The notes: a model not told the origin generated them from the sequence alone. DNA of 64,000 nt from Nitrospirota bacterium (GCA_963710375.1 CAVPZX010000005.1:384001-448000); one strand, 5' to 3'; shown: positions 12,867 to 25,657, numbered from the stretch's first letter. Numbers and translations: made by a program.

Positions 12867-14275
12867 TTAACGTTTTGATAGCTCATCAGCAGCTACTATC
12901 CATCCTCCTCCCATCGCCTTGTACAGGTTTACTAATGACTGGAAAAGTGTTCCCTGGGTCTGTGTGTAGTTAAGTTCGGCGCTGAACAGGCTCCGCTCGG
13001 CGTCCAGCACCTCGATGTAGCTCGTGTATCCGTTATCGTAACGGAGCCTTGCCACCCGGGCATAGGTGCGCAGGGCCTCCACCTGCCGCGTAGGCTTCAA
13101 GCTGCTCCCGGGTGCGGTGTTGGTCTGCGAGGGAGTCCTCCACATCCCGGAAGGCATTCTGAATCGTCTGTTGGTACTGCAAGAGGGCTTCCTTCTGAAT
13201 CGCCTCTGCCTCTTTGACCTGACCTGCAATGGCGCCTCCTGTAAAGATCGGGGCGGTGAGAGGAACGGACCAGTTCCATATGCGCGCCGGGCCGGAGAAG
13301 AGAGACGATAGTTTTATGCTCTCATAACCGAACATGCCGGTTAAGGAGATATCAGGAAAGTACTGGGCCCGGGCGACCCCGATTTGTGCGTTGGCGGAGA
13401 TGAGGTTTTGCTCTGCCTGGCGTATATCAGGGCGCTGTGCGAGCAAGTCTGACGGGAGTCCTGCCGGGATGTCCGGCATTCCAAGTCATCTATCGATTTG
13501 CCCCTTGGAATGGGACCAGGATTGCGGCCAAGGAGCACGCACAGGGCGTTTTCCTGCTGTGCAATACTCTTTTCCAGGGGTGGGATGGTCGCAAGTACCT
13601 GTTCGAGATCGGACTTGGCCTGGCTCAGTTCCAGTTCTGAAACGTACCCTGCTTTGAAGCGGATATTGAATATATGGTATGTTTCTTCGCGAATTTTTGC
13701 GGTCTGCCGGGCAATATCCAGTTGCCGGTCAAGGTCGCGAAGGTTTACATATGCGTCGGCAACAGAGGTGACGAGGGACAGGATAACGCTCTTCCTCCCC
13801 TCCTCGGTGCTGAGGAGAGCGGCGCGGGCCGCCTCTGTTGCATAACGCAGTTTGCCCCACAGGTCGATTTCCCAACTGGCTGATAAGGACGCCTGGTACT
13901 GATAGAATGGATTCGGGGTCCCGGCTGGAAGGGGTTCCTGCCCAAGTTCGGTAGTGCGTTCTCTTTCCGTGCCGGCATTTGCGACAACCTGCGGAAAGAG
14001 GGCGGCGCGCGTGACGGCATATTTTCCGATGAATTCATCCAGCCGTGCCGCGGCGATTTTGAGGTCCTTGTTTTCCCGAAGGGCTGTACCGATCAGTTCG
14101 TTTAGTACAGGGTCCTTGAACTGTTGCCACCAGGCGGTGTTGACTATATCTTTTGCCTCTTTCTCCCCGAAACGCCATGATTGCGGTGTCTCAACCGAGG
14201 GCGTTTATACTCGGTGCCGGCCATGCAGCCGCACAGAGTCAGGACAAGCAGCGCTGTTGCCGCGATTCTGCGCAT
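12867..14275 (-). pseudogene. RND efflux outer-membrane lipoprotein (NodT/OprM family), multiply frameshifted
   Basis: Starts MRRIAATALLVLTLCGC (lipobox). Fragments PSDLLAQRPDIRQAE (13033-13479) and SYIEVLDAERSLF...LYKAMGGGW (12867-13229) are in different frames. Confidence 0.85.
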
Positions 14276-14314
14276 GTCACTCTTCTCCTGCCCGGAGGAG
14301 TAGTATGCCCGCGA

Positions 14315-17300
14315 TTACATTTTTACTTTTTCTCTAGCCGTCTTGTCCTGCGATGTACTTTTATTCCTGCCTCTGCCGAGCTTCTCGATGACATAGTACA
14401 TCATCGGGATCAGGAATATGGCGATGCAGGTCGCCGCGAGCATGCCGCCGATGACGCCGGTGCCCATCACCCTGCGGGCGATGGCGCCGGAGCCGCTGGC
14501 GATTGCGAGCGGCAAGCAGCCAAGAATAAATGCGAAGGAGGTCATCAGGATCGGCCGCAGCCGCAGCCGTGCGCCGGTAAGCGCCGCGTCTTTCAGGTCC
14601 TGGCCTTTTTCGTATTCGTCTTTGGCAAATTCGACGATCAGAATGGCGTTCTTCGCCGCCAGGCCGATAAGCACGATGAGGCCGATCTGGGCATAGATAT
14701 TGAACTCCATCCCGCGGACCCAGAGTGCCGCAAACGCGCCGAAGACAGCGATGGGCGTGCTGAGCAGAACGCTGAAGGGCAGCGACCAGCTCTCGTAGAG
14801 GGCCGCAAGGATCAGGAACACGAAGAGCAGTGAGAGCGCGAAGATGGCTGCGGGCGGCACGCCCTGCTGCGCCTGTTTCTCCTGGAACGACATGCCGAGG
14901 TAATCGAAGCCCATGTCGGACGGCATGGTCTGGGCAAAGACCTCTTCCAGAGCCTTCATCGCCTGCGCCGAACTGTAGCCGGGTGCGGCCGTGGCATTGA
15001 TCTGGGCCGACCGGTAGAGGTTGTACCGCATGGTGAACTCCGGGCCCGTCGCGCGGCTCGACGTGCGTCACCGCCGCGAGCGGCACAGGGTCGCCGTTGG
15101 AGTTGCGCACGTAGAACTGGCCCAACTGCTTGACGTCGGTCCGGTAGTCGCCCTCGGCCTCCACGTACACCTGCCACTGCCTGCCGAAACGGTTGAAGTA
15201 GTTTACGAATGCCCGCCCATGAAGGCCTGGAGCGTGCCATACACCTGGCCGAGGTCCACCCCCTCGCTCAGCACCTTGTCGCGGTCCACATCCACGAAAT
15301 ACTGCGGCACACTTGGTAGAATGGTCGTAGCTTACCCGCGCCAGTTCCGGCCGCTTTTGGGCCGCGGCAATGAACTTCTGCGTATTGTCCGCCAGGAAAC
15401 CGATGTCCTTGCCGGCGCGGTCTTCGAGAATGAATGTCACGCCCCGCAGGTGCCGACCCCCTGGATGGCCGGCGGGGAGAATGCGAAGGCGTTCCCCTGC
15501 GGCAGTTGGCCCAGTTCGCGGTTAAGGCGGGCCATGATGGCCGGGGCCTTCTCCTCCGGACTTTTCCGCTCGTCCCATTCCTTGAGACTGATGAAGAAGA
15601 AGCCGCTGTAGGTGTTCCGCACATAGCTCAGGAGGTTGAAGCCGATGACCGTGGTACAGTACTCAACGCCGGGGGTGTTCAAGATAATCCGCTCCGCCTC
15701 GCGGGTGGCCTCGGCGGTGCGCTGGAGCGATGCGGCATTGGGCAGTTGAATGACGGCGTAAAGGTAGCCCTGGTCCTCCTCGGGCAGAAAACCGCCGGGA
15801 CCCGCCTGCCGAGCAAGCCGATACCCAGAGCTGCCACCAGGAGAATGGCGAACCCGATCACGGCCTTGCGGATGACAATGCCGGACAAGCTTACGTAACC
15901 TCGGTAGTACGTTTGAACATCCGGTTGAACCAGCTGTAAAACCAGCCCAACGGACCGCCCGTTTCCTTCTTCGGGCGGAGCAGGACGAGCAAAGCGCGGG
16001 ACTGAGCGTCAGGGCGTTGAAGGCGGACAGGAGCACCGAGATGGCGATGGTGACGGCAAACTGTGGTAGAGCCGCCCGGTGATGCCGGGAATGAAAACGG
16101 TCGGGAGAAATACGGACGCCAGGACGAGCGCGATGGCCGTGACCGGGCCGGCAACCTCCTCCATGGCCTTGAGGGCCGCTTCCTTCGGCGTCAGTCCTTC
16201 CTCGATATGGCGTTCCACTGCCTCAACCACGACGATGGCGTCGTCCACGACGAGTCCGATTGCCACGACCATCCCCATGAGGGCAATCGGGTTGATGGAG
16301 AAGCCGAGGAGGGGAAAAAAGGCGAAGGTGCCGATGAGCGAGACCGGCACGGCGATCGCTGGAATGAGCGTGGCCCGCCAACCCTGGAGGAAGACGAACA
16401 CCACGATGATCACCAGGACCATCGCAATAAAGAGGGTCACGACGATCTCCTTAATCCCTGCGGTGACGGGGAGGGTGGTGTCGAGCGCGATGTCGTAATC
16501 CAGGTCGGCCGGAAAGGACTCCTTGAGCTTGGCCATCACTTTCTTGGCGCCGTCTGCCGCCTCCAGGGCGTTCGTGCCGGGCAGTTGGTAAAGCGCGAGG
16601 ATCCCTGACGGCTTGCCGTTGAAGCGCCCCTGAATGTTGTAGTCCTGGGCGCCCAACTCGATGCGGGCGACGTCCTTCAGGCGCACCAGGGAGCCGTCAG
16701 GGTTGGCGCGCAGGACGATCCGGCCGAACTCCTCGGGGGTCACAAGCCGCCCCTGCGCCCGGATCGCGTAGGTGAATTCCTGGCCCGGCGGGATGGGCTC
16801 GCCGCCGACCTGTCCGGCGGGGTTCACCGTGTTTTGCTTCTGAAGCGCGTCGACGATCTCGGGAACGGTGATATTGAGCTTGGCCAGCAGGTCCGGGCGC
16901 ACCCAGCAGCGCATGGCGTACTGGCCGGCGCCGAAGACCGTGACACTGGCGATCCCCCTCACCCGCGTCAGCTGGTCGTTTAAGTGGATATAGGCGTAGT
17001 TGGCCAGGAAGGTGGCGTCGTAGGTCCCTTTGGGCGAATAGAGGGCGAAGAGCATGAGCGGCGCGGAAAGAGCTTTCTGGACCGTCACCCCGTAGTTGCG
17101 CACGTCGATCGGGAAGCTGCGATTCCGCCTGGGACTCGCGCAGTTGGGCGAGCACCTGGTCGGTATTCGGGTCGGTCTTCACGTCGAAGTTCACGGTCAT
17201 CCGCATCAACCCGTTGTTGGGGTTGAGGGAATACATGTAGTTCATGTTGTCCACGCCGCTCATCTGCTGCTCGATAGGCGTGGCCACGGACTGCTCGATC

Positions 17301-17466
17301 GTCAGGGCGTCGGCGCCCACATAAGTGGCCTGAACGAGGATTTCGGGGGGACGATATTGGGATACTGCGCCACCGGCAGCCCTGACATTGCGACCAGGCC
17401 GACGATGACTGTGATGATCGCGATGACCATCGCCACGATGGGGCGTCTGATGAAGAAGCGGTACAT
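14315..17466 (-). pseudogene. RND efflux permease (AcrB/MexB family), multiply frameshifted
   Basis: Starts MYRFFIRRPIVAMVIA. GLVVDDAIVVVE (16009-17103) and [14 protein letters not shown] / RLRPILMTS (14315-15031) are spread over several frames. Confidence 0.88.
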
Positions 17467-17472
17467 GACGGT

Positions 17473-18656
17473 CTACTGCCCTGCAGCCGGGGGCCGGCGC
17501 GCAGGTGAGGTTTCCTGATCGGGTGGAACTCCCGGGGACGAATGGCTTTGCGGTTACGGCAATGCCCTGTTTCACCTTCTGTACCCCTTCGACCACGACC
17601 CGCTCTCCAGGCTTCAAGCCCTCGTCGATCATCCAGAGCGGGCCTACGATGTCCCCTGCCTTGACCGTCCGGATATCTATCCGGTTGTCAGCTCCCACGA
17701 CTGCCACCTGGTAGCTCCCCTGCAGTTCCGTCACAGCCCGCTGAGGCACGAGCAGGGCCCCCTTTTTAGTTCCGACCAATACACGGACACTTACGAACTG
17801 TCCGGGACGGAGCAGATTGGCCGGATTCGGAAAGAGTCCGCAACCCGGAGCGTCCCTGTTCTTACGTCCACCTCACGGTCAAAGGCGTAGAATGTGCCTT
17901 TGTATGGATAGAGAGACCCGTCCGCCAGGATAAGTTCCAACTTCAGCTTTCTTGCATGTTCGAGACCGCGGCCTCTGACGAGAACTGTTTCATGAAGTCG
18001 ATATAGGCCTGTTCGTTGATTGTGTAGTACACCTTGATCGGGTTGATCGTCGAAACTGTTGTCAGTTCGCCGGCCTGGGCCGGTCCAACCAGGTCTCCCG
18101 ACCTGGGCCCTGGCGAGGCCGGCCATGCCATCGATGAGGGAGGTGATTTTCGTGAAGCTGAGATCGAGCCTGGCCTTCTCAACCGCTGCCCTGGCTGCGG
18201 TAACTGCGGCCAGGGCTGACTGCTCTGCTCCGATAGCGTCGTCCAGGTCCTTCTTGCTCAGTGCGTTCTGTTCAGCGAGAGGTCTGATCCGGTCAAGATT
18301 GCCCTGGCATTCTTATACTGTGCTTCCTGCTGCGCCAGGTCTCCCATTGTCTGGTCCAAAGCAGCCTGGAAAGGCCGCGGGTCGATCTCGAACAGCACCT
18401 GTCCCTTCTTCACTAAATCACCTTCCTTATAGTACTGCCTGATAAGGTAGCCCGTGACCTGTGCCCTTATAGTGGCGTTGACCATGCCGTCGGTGGTGCC
18501 GACCCATTCGTGCTGGATAGGGACGTCTTTTTGAATGACCTCCATGACTTCCACAACCGGAGGCTGAGGCGGGGGTTTCTGCTCTTTCTTGCATCCTGCC
18601 AGAAAGATGGAAACAGAACAGAAGATAATGATGATTCTAAAAAGTGCCGGACTCAT
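17473..18656 (-). pseudogene. RND periplasmic adaptor (AcrA-like lipoprotein), frameshifted
   Basis: LAGC lipobox, IRAQVTGYL, LFEIDPRPFQAAL; C-terminal LLVPQRAV...GLKPGERVVVEG lies in another frame. Confidence 0.85.
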
Positions 18657-18789
18657 TAGGTCATCCCCTATTAAATATTTTTACAGTAACAATTATAACA
18701 GATTATTGATTGATAATCAGGCATAAAAATTCTATTGTTATTTCAAATCTGACGACGTTGTAAAAAGTCTGGGAAAGCGTTTTTTCGCC

Positions 18790-18813
18790 ATTCCCGTGAA
18801 AACGGGAATCCAG
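18790..18813. repeat. ATTCCC-N8-GGGAAT short palindromic (REP/dRS3-like) element
   Basis: ATTCCCGTGAAAACGGGAATCCAG. Confidence 0.55.
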
Positions 18814-18947
18814 CCTCCCTTCAATCAGAAAAAACCGCACTAAAATAATCACGGCGGTAGCTTAGCGTGTTGATAATAACGCCAAAACTTGCTAATAAGC
18901 CCATCATACAGTATACTTATTGTAGATACAATATAGGAGGTAGAAAT

Positions 18948-19193
18948 ATGACCACAAAGATACAGCAGTGGGGAAATAGTCTGGCTTTGAGAATTCCGAA
19001 GGCATTTGCGGTGGAAGCAAATCTTCACAAGGGAGCGATTGTTGATGTTTCGGAAGAAGGCGGCAAAATCATCCTTACACCCGTTAAGAAGAAAAGGAAA
19101 TTCACTTTAGAAGGTTTATTGTCGGGGGTAACAAAGGAGAATATCCATGGCGAGATTAGCACCGGGAAGAGGGTGGGTAAGGAAATATGGTAA
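18948..19193 (+). CDS. mazE: AbrB/MazE family antitoxin
   Basis: KIQQWGNSLALRIPK...LEGLLSGVTKENIHGEI...GKEIW; AGGAGG SD; palindromic operator-like GTATAC/TGTAGATACA upstream. Confidence 0.92.
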   Translation: MTTKIQQWGNSLALRIPKAFAVEANLHKGAIVDVSEEGGKIILTPVKKKRKFTLEGLLSGVTKENIHGEISTGKRVGKEIW

Positions 19194-19533
19194 AACAGAA
19201 GGATTTTATTCCGGACCGGGGGCATATCGTTTGGATAGACTTTGACCCGCAGTCCGGACATGAGCAAGCAGGCAGGAGACCCGCCCTTGTGGTATCGCCG
19301 GCCGCCTACAACGAGAAAATCGGCTTGGCTTTATTGTGTCCTATAACGAGACGGGTGAAAGGTTATCCTTTTGAGGTTGGAATTCCAAAAGGGTTAGAGT
19401 GTATCCGGTGTAATTCTCGCAGACCAGATAAAAAGTCTTGATTGGAAGAGTCGGAACACAGAGTTGTAGTTGCAATGCGCCTCACGAGGTTGTCAATCTT
19501 GTCCTGGAGAAACTGGCTACGCTCTTGTCGTAA
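19187..19533 (+). pseudogene. mazF: MazF/PemK endoribonuclease toxin, two apparent frameshifts
   Basis: FDPQSGHEQAGRRPALVVS...CPIT; continuations VSGVILADQIKSLDW and EVVNLVLEKLATLLS* lie in shifted frames. Confidence 0.85.
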
Positions 19534-19658
19534 CGCCGGCTCAGTTCTCAATCCATGCAGTCTCAATTCTTGACAGACAGAGGAACGAGGCAGAGTCGGG
19601 CCATCCTTTGCTACAAATAGGGCACAGTCTCATGTTACAATAATTGCAGACCTTTTAT

Positions 19659-19732
19659 GCGCCTGTAGCTCAGTGGATTAGAGCATCGGCCTCCGAAGCC
19701 GAGGGTCAGAGGTTCGAATCCTCCCAGGCGCG
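19659..19732 (+). tRNA. tRNA-Arg (CCG)
   Basis: Anticodon arm TCGGC-CT-CCG-AA-GCCGA; T-arm GGTTCGAATCC. Confidence 0.93.
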
Positions 19733-20947
19733 TTATACATTCTCCAGAATGTGGCCCATCTTTTTCTTTTTGGTCTGCAGGTAAATTATATTTCTGTCGT
19801 GCGGCTGGACTTCTGCGGGTACCCGTTCGACGATTTTAATCCCATAGCCCTCGAGTCCGACAATCTTCTTTGGGTTGTTTGTTATCAGCCGCATCTTCTT
19901 AATCCCGAGGTCTACCAGTATCTGGGCGCCGACGCCGTAGTCTCTCAGGTCAGCCTTAAACCCGAGTTTGAGGTTGGCCTCGACCGTATCAAGGCCCTTG
20001 TCCTGAAGTTCGTAAGCAAGGAGCTTGTTTGCGAGCCCTATCCCCCTGCCTTCCTGTCTCATGTAAAGGATGACCCCTTTGCCCTCTTTCCTGATAATTT
20101 CCATCGCTTTTTGCAACTGATCGCCGCAATCACACCGCTTTGAACCGAACACATCGCCGGTAAGGCACTCGGAGTGCACCCTCACCAGCACTTTGTCCTC
20201 AGGTGTGAACTCCCCCTTGACCAGCGCGATATTAATATTGCTGTCAACGTCATTAGCATAGGCAATAGCTGTGAAATCCCCGCCGTGCTTCGTAGGCATC
20301 TGGACAGTGGCTATCCTTCTGACGAAACGCTCGGCACGCATCCGGTACTGTATAAGATCTTTTACCGTGATCAGCTTTAATTTATGCTGTTTTGCGAATT
20401 CCATTAATTGCGGCATTCTGGCCATGCTTCCGTCATCGTTCATAATCTCGCAGATAACGCCTGAGGGGTTAAGGCCGGCCAGCTTTGCAAGGTCAACCGA
20501 CCCTTCCGTTTGTCCGGCCCGCTGCAAAACCCCCCCTGGCTTCGCCCTCAGCGGGAAGACATGACCGGGCTTTGCAATGTCTTCCGGCCTGGTCTTGGGA
20601 TCAATAGCAGTCAGGATTGTAACAGCGCGGTCATGGGCTGAGATTCCGGTAGAAACACCTTTTTTTGCCTCTATGGATACGGTAAACGCAGTTCCGAAGG
20701 AAGAAGTATTGTTTTCGGTCATCATGCGAAGTTTAAGGTCGTCGACTCTCTGCGGGGTAAGCGAGAGACAAATAAGCCCTCTGCCGTATCTTGCCATAAA
20801 ATTAATGGCTTCGGGAGTGACCTTTTCAGCAGCCATGCAAAGGTCTCCCTCGTTTTCTCGATCCTCATCATCCACCAGGATGACCATCCTGCCTTTTGCT
20901 ATATCCTCAAGGGCTTCCTCTATAGTGTTGATTTTACCTTTCTCCAC
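19733..20947 (-). CDS. ribBA: Bifunctional DHBP synthase / GTP cyclohydrolase II
   Basis: [38 protein letters not shown]. Confidence 0.97.
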   Translation of the reverse strand: MEKGKINTIEEALEDIAKGRMVILVDDEDRENEGDLCMAAEKVTPEAINFMARYGRGLICLSLTPQRVDDLKLRMMTENNTSSFGTAFTVSIEAKKGVSTGISAHDRAVTILTAIDPKTRPEDIAKPGHVFPLRAKPGGVLQRAGQTEGSVDLAKLAGLNPSGVICEIMNDDGSMARMPQLMEFAKQHKLKLITVKDLIQYRMRAERFVRRIATVQMPTKHGGDFTAIAYANDVDSNINIALVKGEFTPEDKVLVRVHSECLTGDVFGSKRCDCGDQLQKAMEIIRKEGKGVILYMRQEGRGIGLANKLLAYELQDKGLDTVEANLKLGFKADLRDYGVGAQILVDLGIKKMRLITNNPKKIVGLEGYGIKIVERVPAEVQPHDRNIIYLQTKKKKMGHILENV

Positions 20948-21111
20948 TGACAGACCTCCATATCACGCATCATATATTTGGAAAGTATATTCCAGTATAA
21001 CAGAAAGAGAAACTGCCTTTCCATGAGGGGGTAAAGGTTAAGGTTGAGGTTGAGGGAAAGCTTTTTTTGTTAGCTGTTTCTTAACCTTAACCTTAACCTC
21101 TACCTATCTTC

Positions 21112-21747
21112 CTAGACAAACCCTGACTGTTTCAGGGCTGAAAGAAGCGAGGAACTGCTATCCGGCCGGACAAATTTCTCAACATATTTTGCAAGAATGT
21201 CTGGCTCCAGATTAACCGTATTGCCTGCTGCTTTAAATCCCAGTGTCGTCAATGTTGCTGTATGGGGTATGATTACTACGCAGAAGGCATCTTTTGATAC
21301 ATCAACAACAGTCAGGCTTATGCCGTCCACCGCAACCGAGCCTTTCTCGACAAGATATTTTAAGATATCAGCCGGGGCTTCTATTACTATCCTCACCGCA
21401 TTCCCAGAGACCGTTTTTGAGCGTATTTTGCCGGTACCGTCGATATGGCCGGTGACGAAGTGCCCGCCCATTTTCGAGCTCGGTTTTAACGACGGCTCCA
21501 GGTTTACACGTTCACCCTTTTTCAGACTTTCAAGGTTGGTGCTCTTTAACGTCTCATATGAAACATCAAAGTAAAGAATGTTTTTATCGATGGCAGTAAC
21601 TGTAAGGCATATGCCGTTGACCGAAATACTATCGCCAATAGCGGTATCAGAGACTATCTCCCCTGCCTTGACTGAAAGTCTTGCGCTCCCGGCCTTTTTT
21701 TCGAGGGATGCAATCTCACCTAATTCTATGATCAATCCGGTAAACAT
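21112..21747 (-). CDS. ribE: Riboflavin synthase (alpha type)
   Basis: MFTGLI N-terminus, GGHFVTGHID, two lumazine-binding repeats. Confidence 0.95.
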   Translation of the reverse strand: MFTGLIIELGEIASLEKKAGSARLSVKAGEIVSDTAIGDSISVNGICLTVTAIDKNILYFDVSYETLKSTNLESLKKGERVNLEPSLKPSSKMGGHFVTGHIDGTGKIRSKTVSGNAVRIVIEAPADILKYLVEKGSVAVDGISLTVVDVSKDAFCVVIIPHTATLTTLGFKAAGNTVNLEPDILAKYVEKFVRPDSSSSLLSALKQSGFV

Positions 21748-21756
21748 ATCTTATAA

Positions 21757-21849
21757 AATTTTGAATGTTGAATTTTAAATTTTGAATTGTGGAAGAAAAA
21801 ATTGCTTCACTTCATTAATTCAAAACTCAGCATTCAAAATTCAAAATTG
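21757..21849. repeat. Heptamer inverted-repeat element (TTGAATK)n...(ATTCAAA)n
   Basis: Second copy at about 24349-24433. Confidence 0.8.
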
Positions 21850-22461
21850 TCATTTAACCAAATCACCCATTCTGCTGAACCTCGGGAAGTTTTTTGTGCT
21901 GTCCCATGACCAGTATATAATCATCGCTTTGCCTCTCACAAGTTTGAGATCAACATAGCCCCAGTACCTACTGTCGTAGCTCTGGTCCCTGTTGTCACCC
22001 ATTACGAAAAGCTTGCCACCGGGTACAAGGTAAGGGCCGAAATTGTCTCTCGGTTCAATACTGTTTACGGAATTGTCCGTATGCTGTACATATGGTTCGG
22101 TCAGAGGCTTCCCATTGACAAAAACCACCTTGTTCCTTTCCTCTACGATATCGCCTCCGACGCCGATGACCCTTTTGATGAAGTCTTTGGACAAATCTTC
22201 GGGGTATTCAAATACGATAATATCACCTCTTTCAGGTTTTCTAATTACCAGAATCTTTTTATCAGTAAAAGGAATGGGTGTTCCGTATAAGAATTTGTTC
22301 ACAAGGATATGATCACCTATGAGCAGCGTCTGGATCATGGACCCTGAGGGTATTTTGAATGCCTGCACTATATATGTTCTTATAATCAGCGCAAAGATCA
22401 GCGCGGTGCCGATGGCTTTTGCGTATTCCAAAAATTTGTTCTGTTTCCGTTCCAAAGTCAT
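21850..22461 (-). CDS. lepB: Signal peptidase I
   Basis: IPSGSM, FIKRVIG, GDNRDQSYDSR. Confidence 0.96.
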   Translation of the reverse strand: MTLERKQNKFLEYAKAIGTALIFALIIRTYIVQAFKIPSGSMIQTLLIGDHILVNKFLYGTPIPFTDKKILVIRKPERGDIIVFEYPEDLSKDFIKRVIGVGGDIVEERNKVVFVNGKPLTEPYVQHTDNSVNSIEPRDNFGPYLVPGGKLFVMGDNRDQSYDSRYWGYVDLKLVRGKAMIIYWSWDSTKNFPRFSRMGDLVK

Positions 22462-22542
22462 TGCCTCCCGTATAGTTATATTAAGGTTAAGGTTGAGGTT
22501 AAGGTTAAGTCTTTGTCTTTTTGCTTAACCTCAACCTTAACC

Positions 22543-24333
22543 TTACTCTTTCACCTTGAGAACAGTCAGGAAGGCTTCCTGGGGGATTTCTACCTTTCCG
22601 ATCTGCTTCATTTTCTTTTTGCCCTCTTTTTGCTTTTCGAGCAGCTTTCTTTTTCTTGTTATGTCGCCGCCATAGCATTTTGCAAGGACATTTTTTCTCA
22701 TTGCCTTGACACTTTCCCGCGCAATTATCTTGCCGCCGATGGCAGCCTGTATGGCGATTTCAAACATCTGCCTCGGGATGACCTGTCTCAGCTTTTCCAC
22801 AATTTGCCTGCCCTTATAATAAGATTTCTCACTGTGGACAATCAAGGAGAGGGCATCCACAGGCTCTCCGTTAAGCAGCACATCCAGCTTTACAAGTTTG
22901 GACGGACGGTAGCCTATGAATTCGTAGTCCATAGATGCGTAACCGCGCGAAACAGACTTTAGACGGTCATAAAAATCCCAGAGGATCTCGTTGAGCGGTA
23001 TCTCGTAGGCAACCATTATACGGTCTTTGCTGATGAAAGTGAATTCCGTCTGAGTGCCTCGTTTTTCCTGGCAGAGTTCCAGTATCTGTCCTATATATTC
23101 CTGCGGCACAAAGACCGAAACTTTTACATACGGTTCTTCTATCTTTTCAAAAGAGTCCGGAAGGCTGCTAGGGTTATCAATAAAAAATTCATCCCCCTTT
23201 ACACCAGTCACTTTGTAGATGACGGTAGGGGCGGTGGTTATCAGCGAAAGCTCAAATTCTCTTTCGAGCCTCTCCTTTATGATCTCCATATGCAGGAGGC
23301 CCAGAAAGCCGCAGCGGAAGCCGAAACCCAGGGCCGAAGAGGTCTCCGGCTCAAATCTGAACGACGAATCGTTCAGCCGCAATTTTTCGAGCGCGTTTTT
23401 CAAATCCTCATACTGTATATTTTCGACCGGGTAGAGACCCGAAAATACCATGGGCTTGATTTCTTTGTACCCTGACAGCGGGGTTTCAGCGGGACGGGCG
23501 GCGTCGGTAATTGTATCTCCTATCTTAGTGTCCCCAACCGTCTTGATGCCGGCAATAATATAACCTACATCACCTGCCGAAAGCTGGGACACAGTCTCCA
23601 TTTTAGGCCGAAAAACTCCGACCTTGTCGATCTCGTACTCTTTGCCCGCAGCCATCAATCTCATCTTCATACCGGGCCGCACTGTTCCGTCGAAGACCCT
23701 GACAAGGACGATCACCCCCTGATAGTTGTCAAACCATGAGTCGAAGATAAGGGCCTTTAGCGGCGCTTCATCGGTGCCTGCGGGAGGAGGGACTTTCCTG
23801 ACAATTGCCTCGAGTATCTCCTTTGTGCCTATGCCCTCCTTTGCGCTTGCGAGGATTGCCTCGGAGCAATCTATTCCTATTGCATTCTCTATCTGTTCCC
23901 TAACTTTCTGCGGTTCAGCACCCGGCAGGTCTATTTTGTTGATCACGGGAATGATTTCATGATTATGTTCGAGGGCGAGATATGTATTGGCAAGGGTTTG
24001 CGCCTCAACTCCCTGTGTGGCGTCTACAACCAACAGGCTTCCTTCGCAGGAAGCGAGGCTTCTGGATACTTCATATGAAAAATCAACATGTCCGGGGGTG
24101 TCGATAAGATTGAGTACATACTCATTGCCATCATCGGCCTTATAGCCGAGCCTTACTGCGTGTGCCTTGATCGTAATACCCCGCTCCCGCTCTAGGTCCA
24201 TTGAATCTAGCACCTGCTCCATCATATCTCTGGAGCTTACGGCTCCCGTATACTCCAGCAGCCTGTCGGCAAGAGTGGATTTTCCGTGGTCGATATGTGC
24301 GATTATAGTAAAATTACGGATGTTTTTTGGCAT
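22543..24333 (-). CDS. lepA: Elongation factor 4 (LepA)
   Basis: [43 protein letters not shown]. Confidence 0.98.
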   Translation of the reverse strand: MPKNIRNFTIIAHIDHGKSTLADRLLEYTGAVSSRDMMEQVLDSMDLERERGITIKAHAVRLGYKADDGNEYVLNLIDTPGHVDFSYEVSRSLASCEGSLLVVDATQGVEAQTLANTYLALEHNHEIIPVINKIDLPGAEPQKVREQIENAIGIDCSEAILASAKEGIGTKEILEAIVRKVPPPAGTDEAPLKALIFDSWFDNYQGVIVLVRVFDGTVRPGMKMRLMAAGKEYEIDKVGVFRPKMETVSQLSAGDVGYIIAGIKTVGDTKIGDTITDAARPAETPLSGYKEIKPMVFSGLYPVENIQYEDLKNALEKLRLNDSSFRFEPETSSALGFGFRCGFLGLLHMEIIKERLEREFELSLITTAPTVIYKVTGVKGDEFFIDNPSSLPDSFEKIEEPYVKVSVFVPQEYIGQILELCQEKRGTQTEFTFISKDRIMVAYEIPLNEILWDFYDRLKSVSRGYASMDYEFIGYRPSKLVKLDVLLNGEPVDALSLIVHSEKSYYKGRQIVEKLRQVIPRQMFEIAIQAAIGGKIIARESVKAMRKNVLAKCYGGDITRKRKLLEKQKEGKKKMKQIGKVEIPQEAFLTVLKVKE

Positions 24334-24440
24334 GGCACATTATAAATAATTTTGAATGTTGAATGCTGAATGTTCAACGGAGGATGAAATAATGTATTTT
24401 ATATTTAAATTCCACAGTTCAACATTCAAAATTCTTAGCA

Positions 24441-25379
24441 TTATGTTCTGTATTGCTCTAAAACGAGGCGAGCAGCACCGATAAGTCCCGCATCATCTCC
24501 CAGCTTGGAAGCAATAATCTGCACCTTACCGTAAAGTTCCTTTAAAGCCCTTTTCGATGCCTCCTTTATCGCTGATTCTATGTAAATATTCCAGGCGCCC
24601 ATAAGACCTCCGGTAAGAATGATTGCATCAGGGCTCATGATGTTAATGACATTGGCAATGCCGAGGCCGAGGCATTTGCCGGCCTCTCGCAAAACATTTC
24701 TTGCAAGCGGGTCTCCTTCAAGCGCAGCATCATAAATATCCTTGGCCGTAATTTTGTAAACATTACCGTTATTGAAATCTTTTAGAATACTGCTGTGCCC
24801 TTTTTCAAGCTCGGCAATGGTATTGCCGATAATGGCTGTTGCCGAGGCATACAGTTCAAGGCAGCCCACATTGCCGCATGGGCATTGCGGGCCGTCTGCA
24901 TTGATGGTCATATGGCCGATTTCAGCAGCCACAGGCAGCAGCTCGTCATTAAAAACTATACCAGTGCCGACGCCGGTGCCCAGGGTGAACATAACAAAGT
25001 TTTTGAAATCTTTTCCAGCCCCAGAAGATTTCTCACCATAAGCGGCGGCATTGGCATCGTTTTCTACAACAACGAGTGTCTTGTGACGGTCCGCTATTTG
25101 TGATTTCAGATTTGCGCCGTTCAGTTTCGGAATATTCGGCGACCGCATGACAACACCATTTTCTCTGTCGATCAGCCCCGCGACCGCAATGCCTACACCT
25201 GCAACTTCCCCGGCATTGCCGGAATATACTAAATCCAGCAACTTGAAGAGGACCTGTATAGGGTCTTTGCCGATAGACACCTTTGATTTGGTCACTACCG
25301 TCCCCTCGGAATCTATGAGTGCCGCCCTGATATTAGTGCCGCCCAAATCAACACCTATGACATATTTATTATTTGCCAT
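24441..25379 (-). CDS. ROK family sugar kinase (glucokinase-like)
   Basis: GVDLGGT, ENDANAAAYGE, EIGH...CPCGNVGCLE. Confidence 0.92.
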   Translation of the reverse strand: MANNKYVIGVDLGGTNIRAALIDSEGTVVTKSKVSIGKDPIQVLFKLLDLVYSGNAGEVAGVGIAVAGLIDRENGVVMRSPNIPKLNGANLKSQIADRHKTLVVVENDANAAAYGEKSSGAGKDFKNFVMFTLGTGVGTGIVFNDELLPVAAEIGHMTINADGPQCPCGNVGCLELYASATAIIGNTIAELEKGHSSILKDFNNGNVYKITAKDIYDAALEGDPLARNVLREAGKCLGLGIANVINIMSPDAIILTGGLMGAWNIYIESAIKEASKRALKELYGKVQIIASKLGDDAGLIGAARLVLEQYRT

Positions 25380-25514
25380 TGTCCTCTCTTGCAAAAAAAA
25401 TATTTGAATTTAACGACGCTGATACGCTTACCAGACCTCAAGCCGGTGAGCATAAGGGTTATATCTCTGTGGAACGCTAATGTAATATCACCGTGTGTAT
25501 ATTACCACAAAGAC

Positions 25515-25640
25515 AGGCTAAAGGCAAAAGGCTAAAGGGCAAAAGCTAAAGGATAAATAAGAAAAAAGAACTAAAAATTAGAAGTATGTTTTTCTTTATT
25601 TTTTTCCCCTTAGCCTTTAGCCCTGAGCCTTTTGCCTTTT
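25515..25640. repeat. Heptamer inverted-repeat element (AGGCWAA)n...(TTWGCCT)n
   Basis: Related copies at about 8282-8394 and 45286-45386, and more weakly 50453-50530. Confidence 0.8.
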
Positions 25641-25657
25641 TAATGATATAATCATGG

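Noticed and set aside
12818..19658. Integrative element with att sites at tRNA-His or tRNA-Arg
   Set aside because: No integrase and no duplicated tRNA 3' end found; similarity between the two tRNA-Arg genes is ordinary isoacceptor similarity.
21748..21849. FMN riboswitch upstream of the riboflavin genes
   Set aside because: The spacer is an AT-rich heptamer repeat with no RFN consensus.
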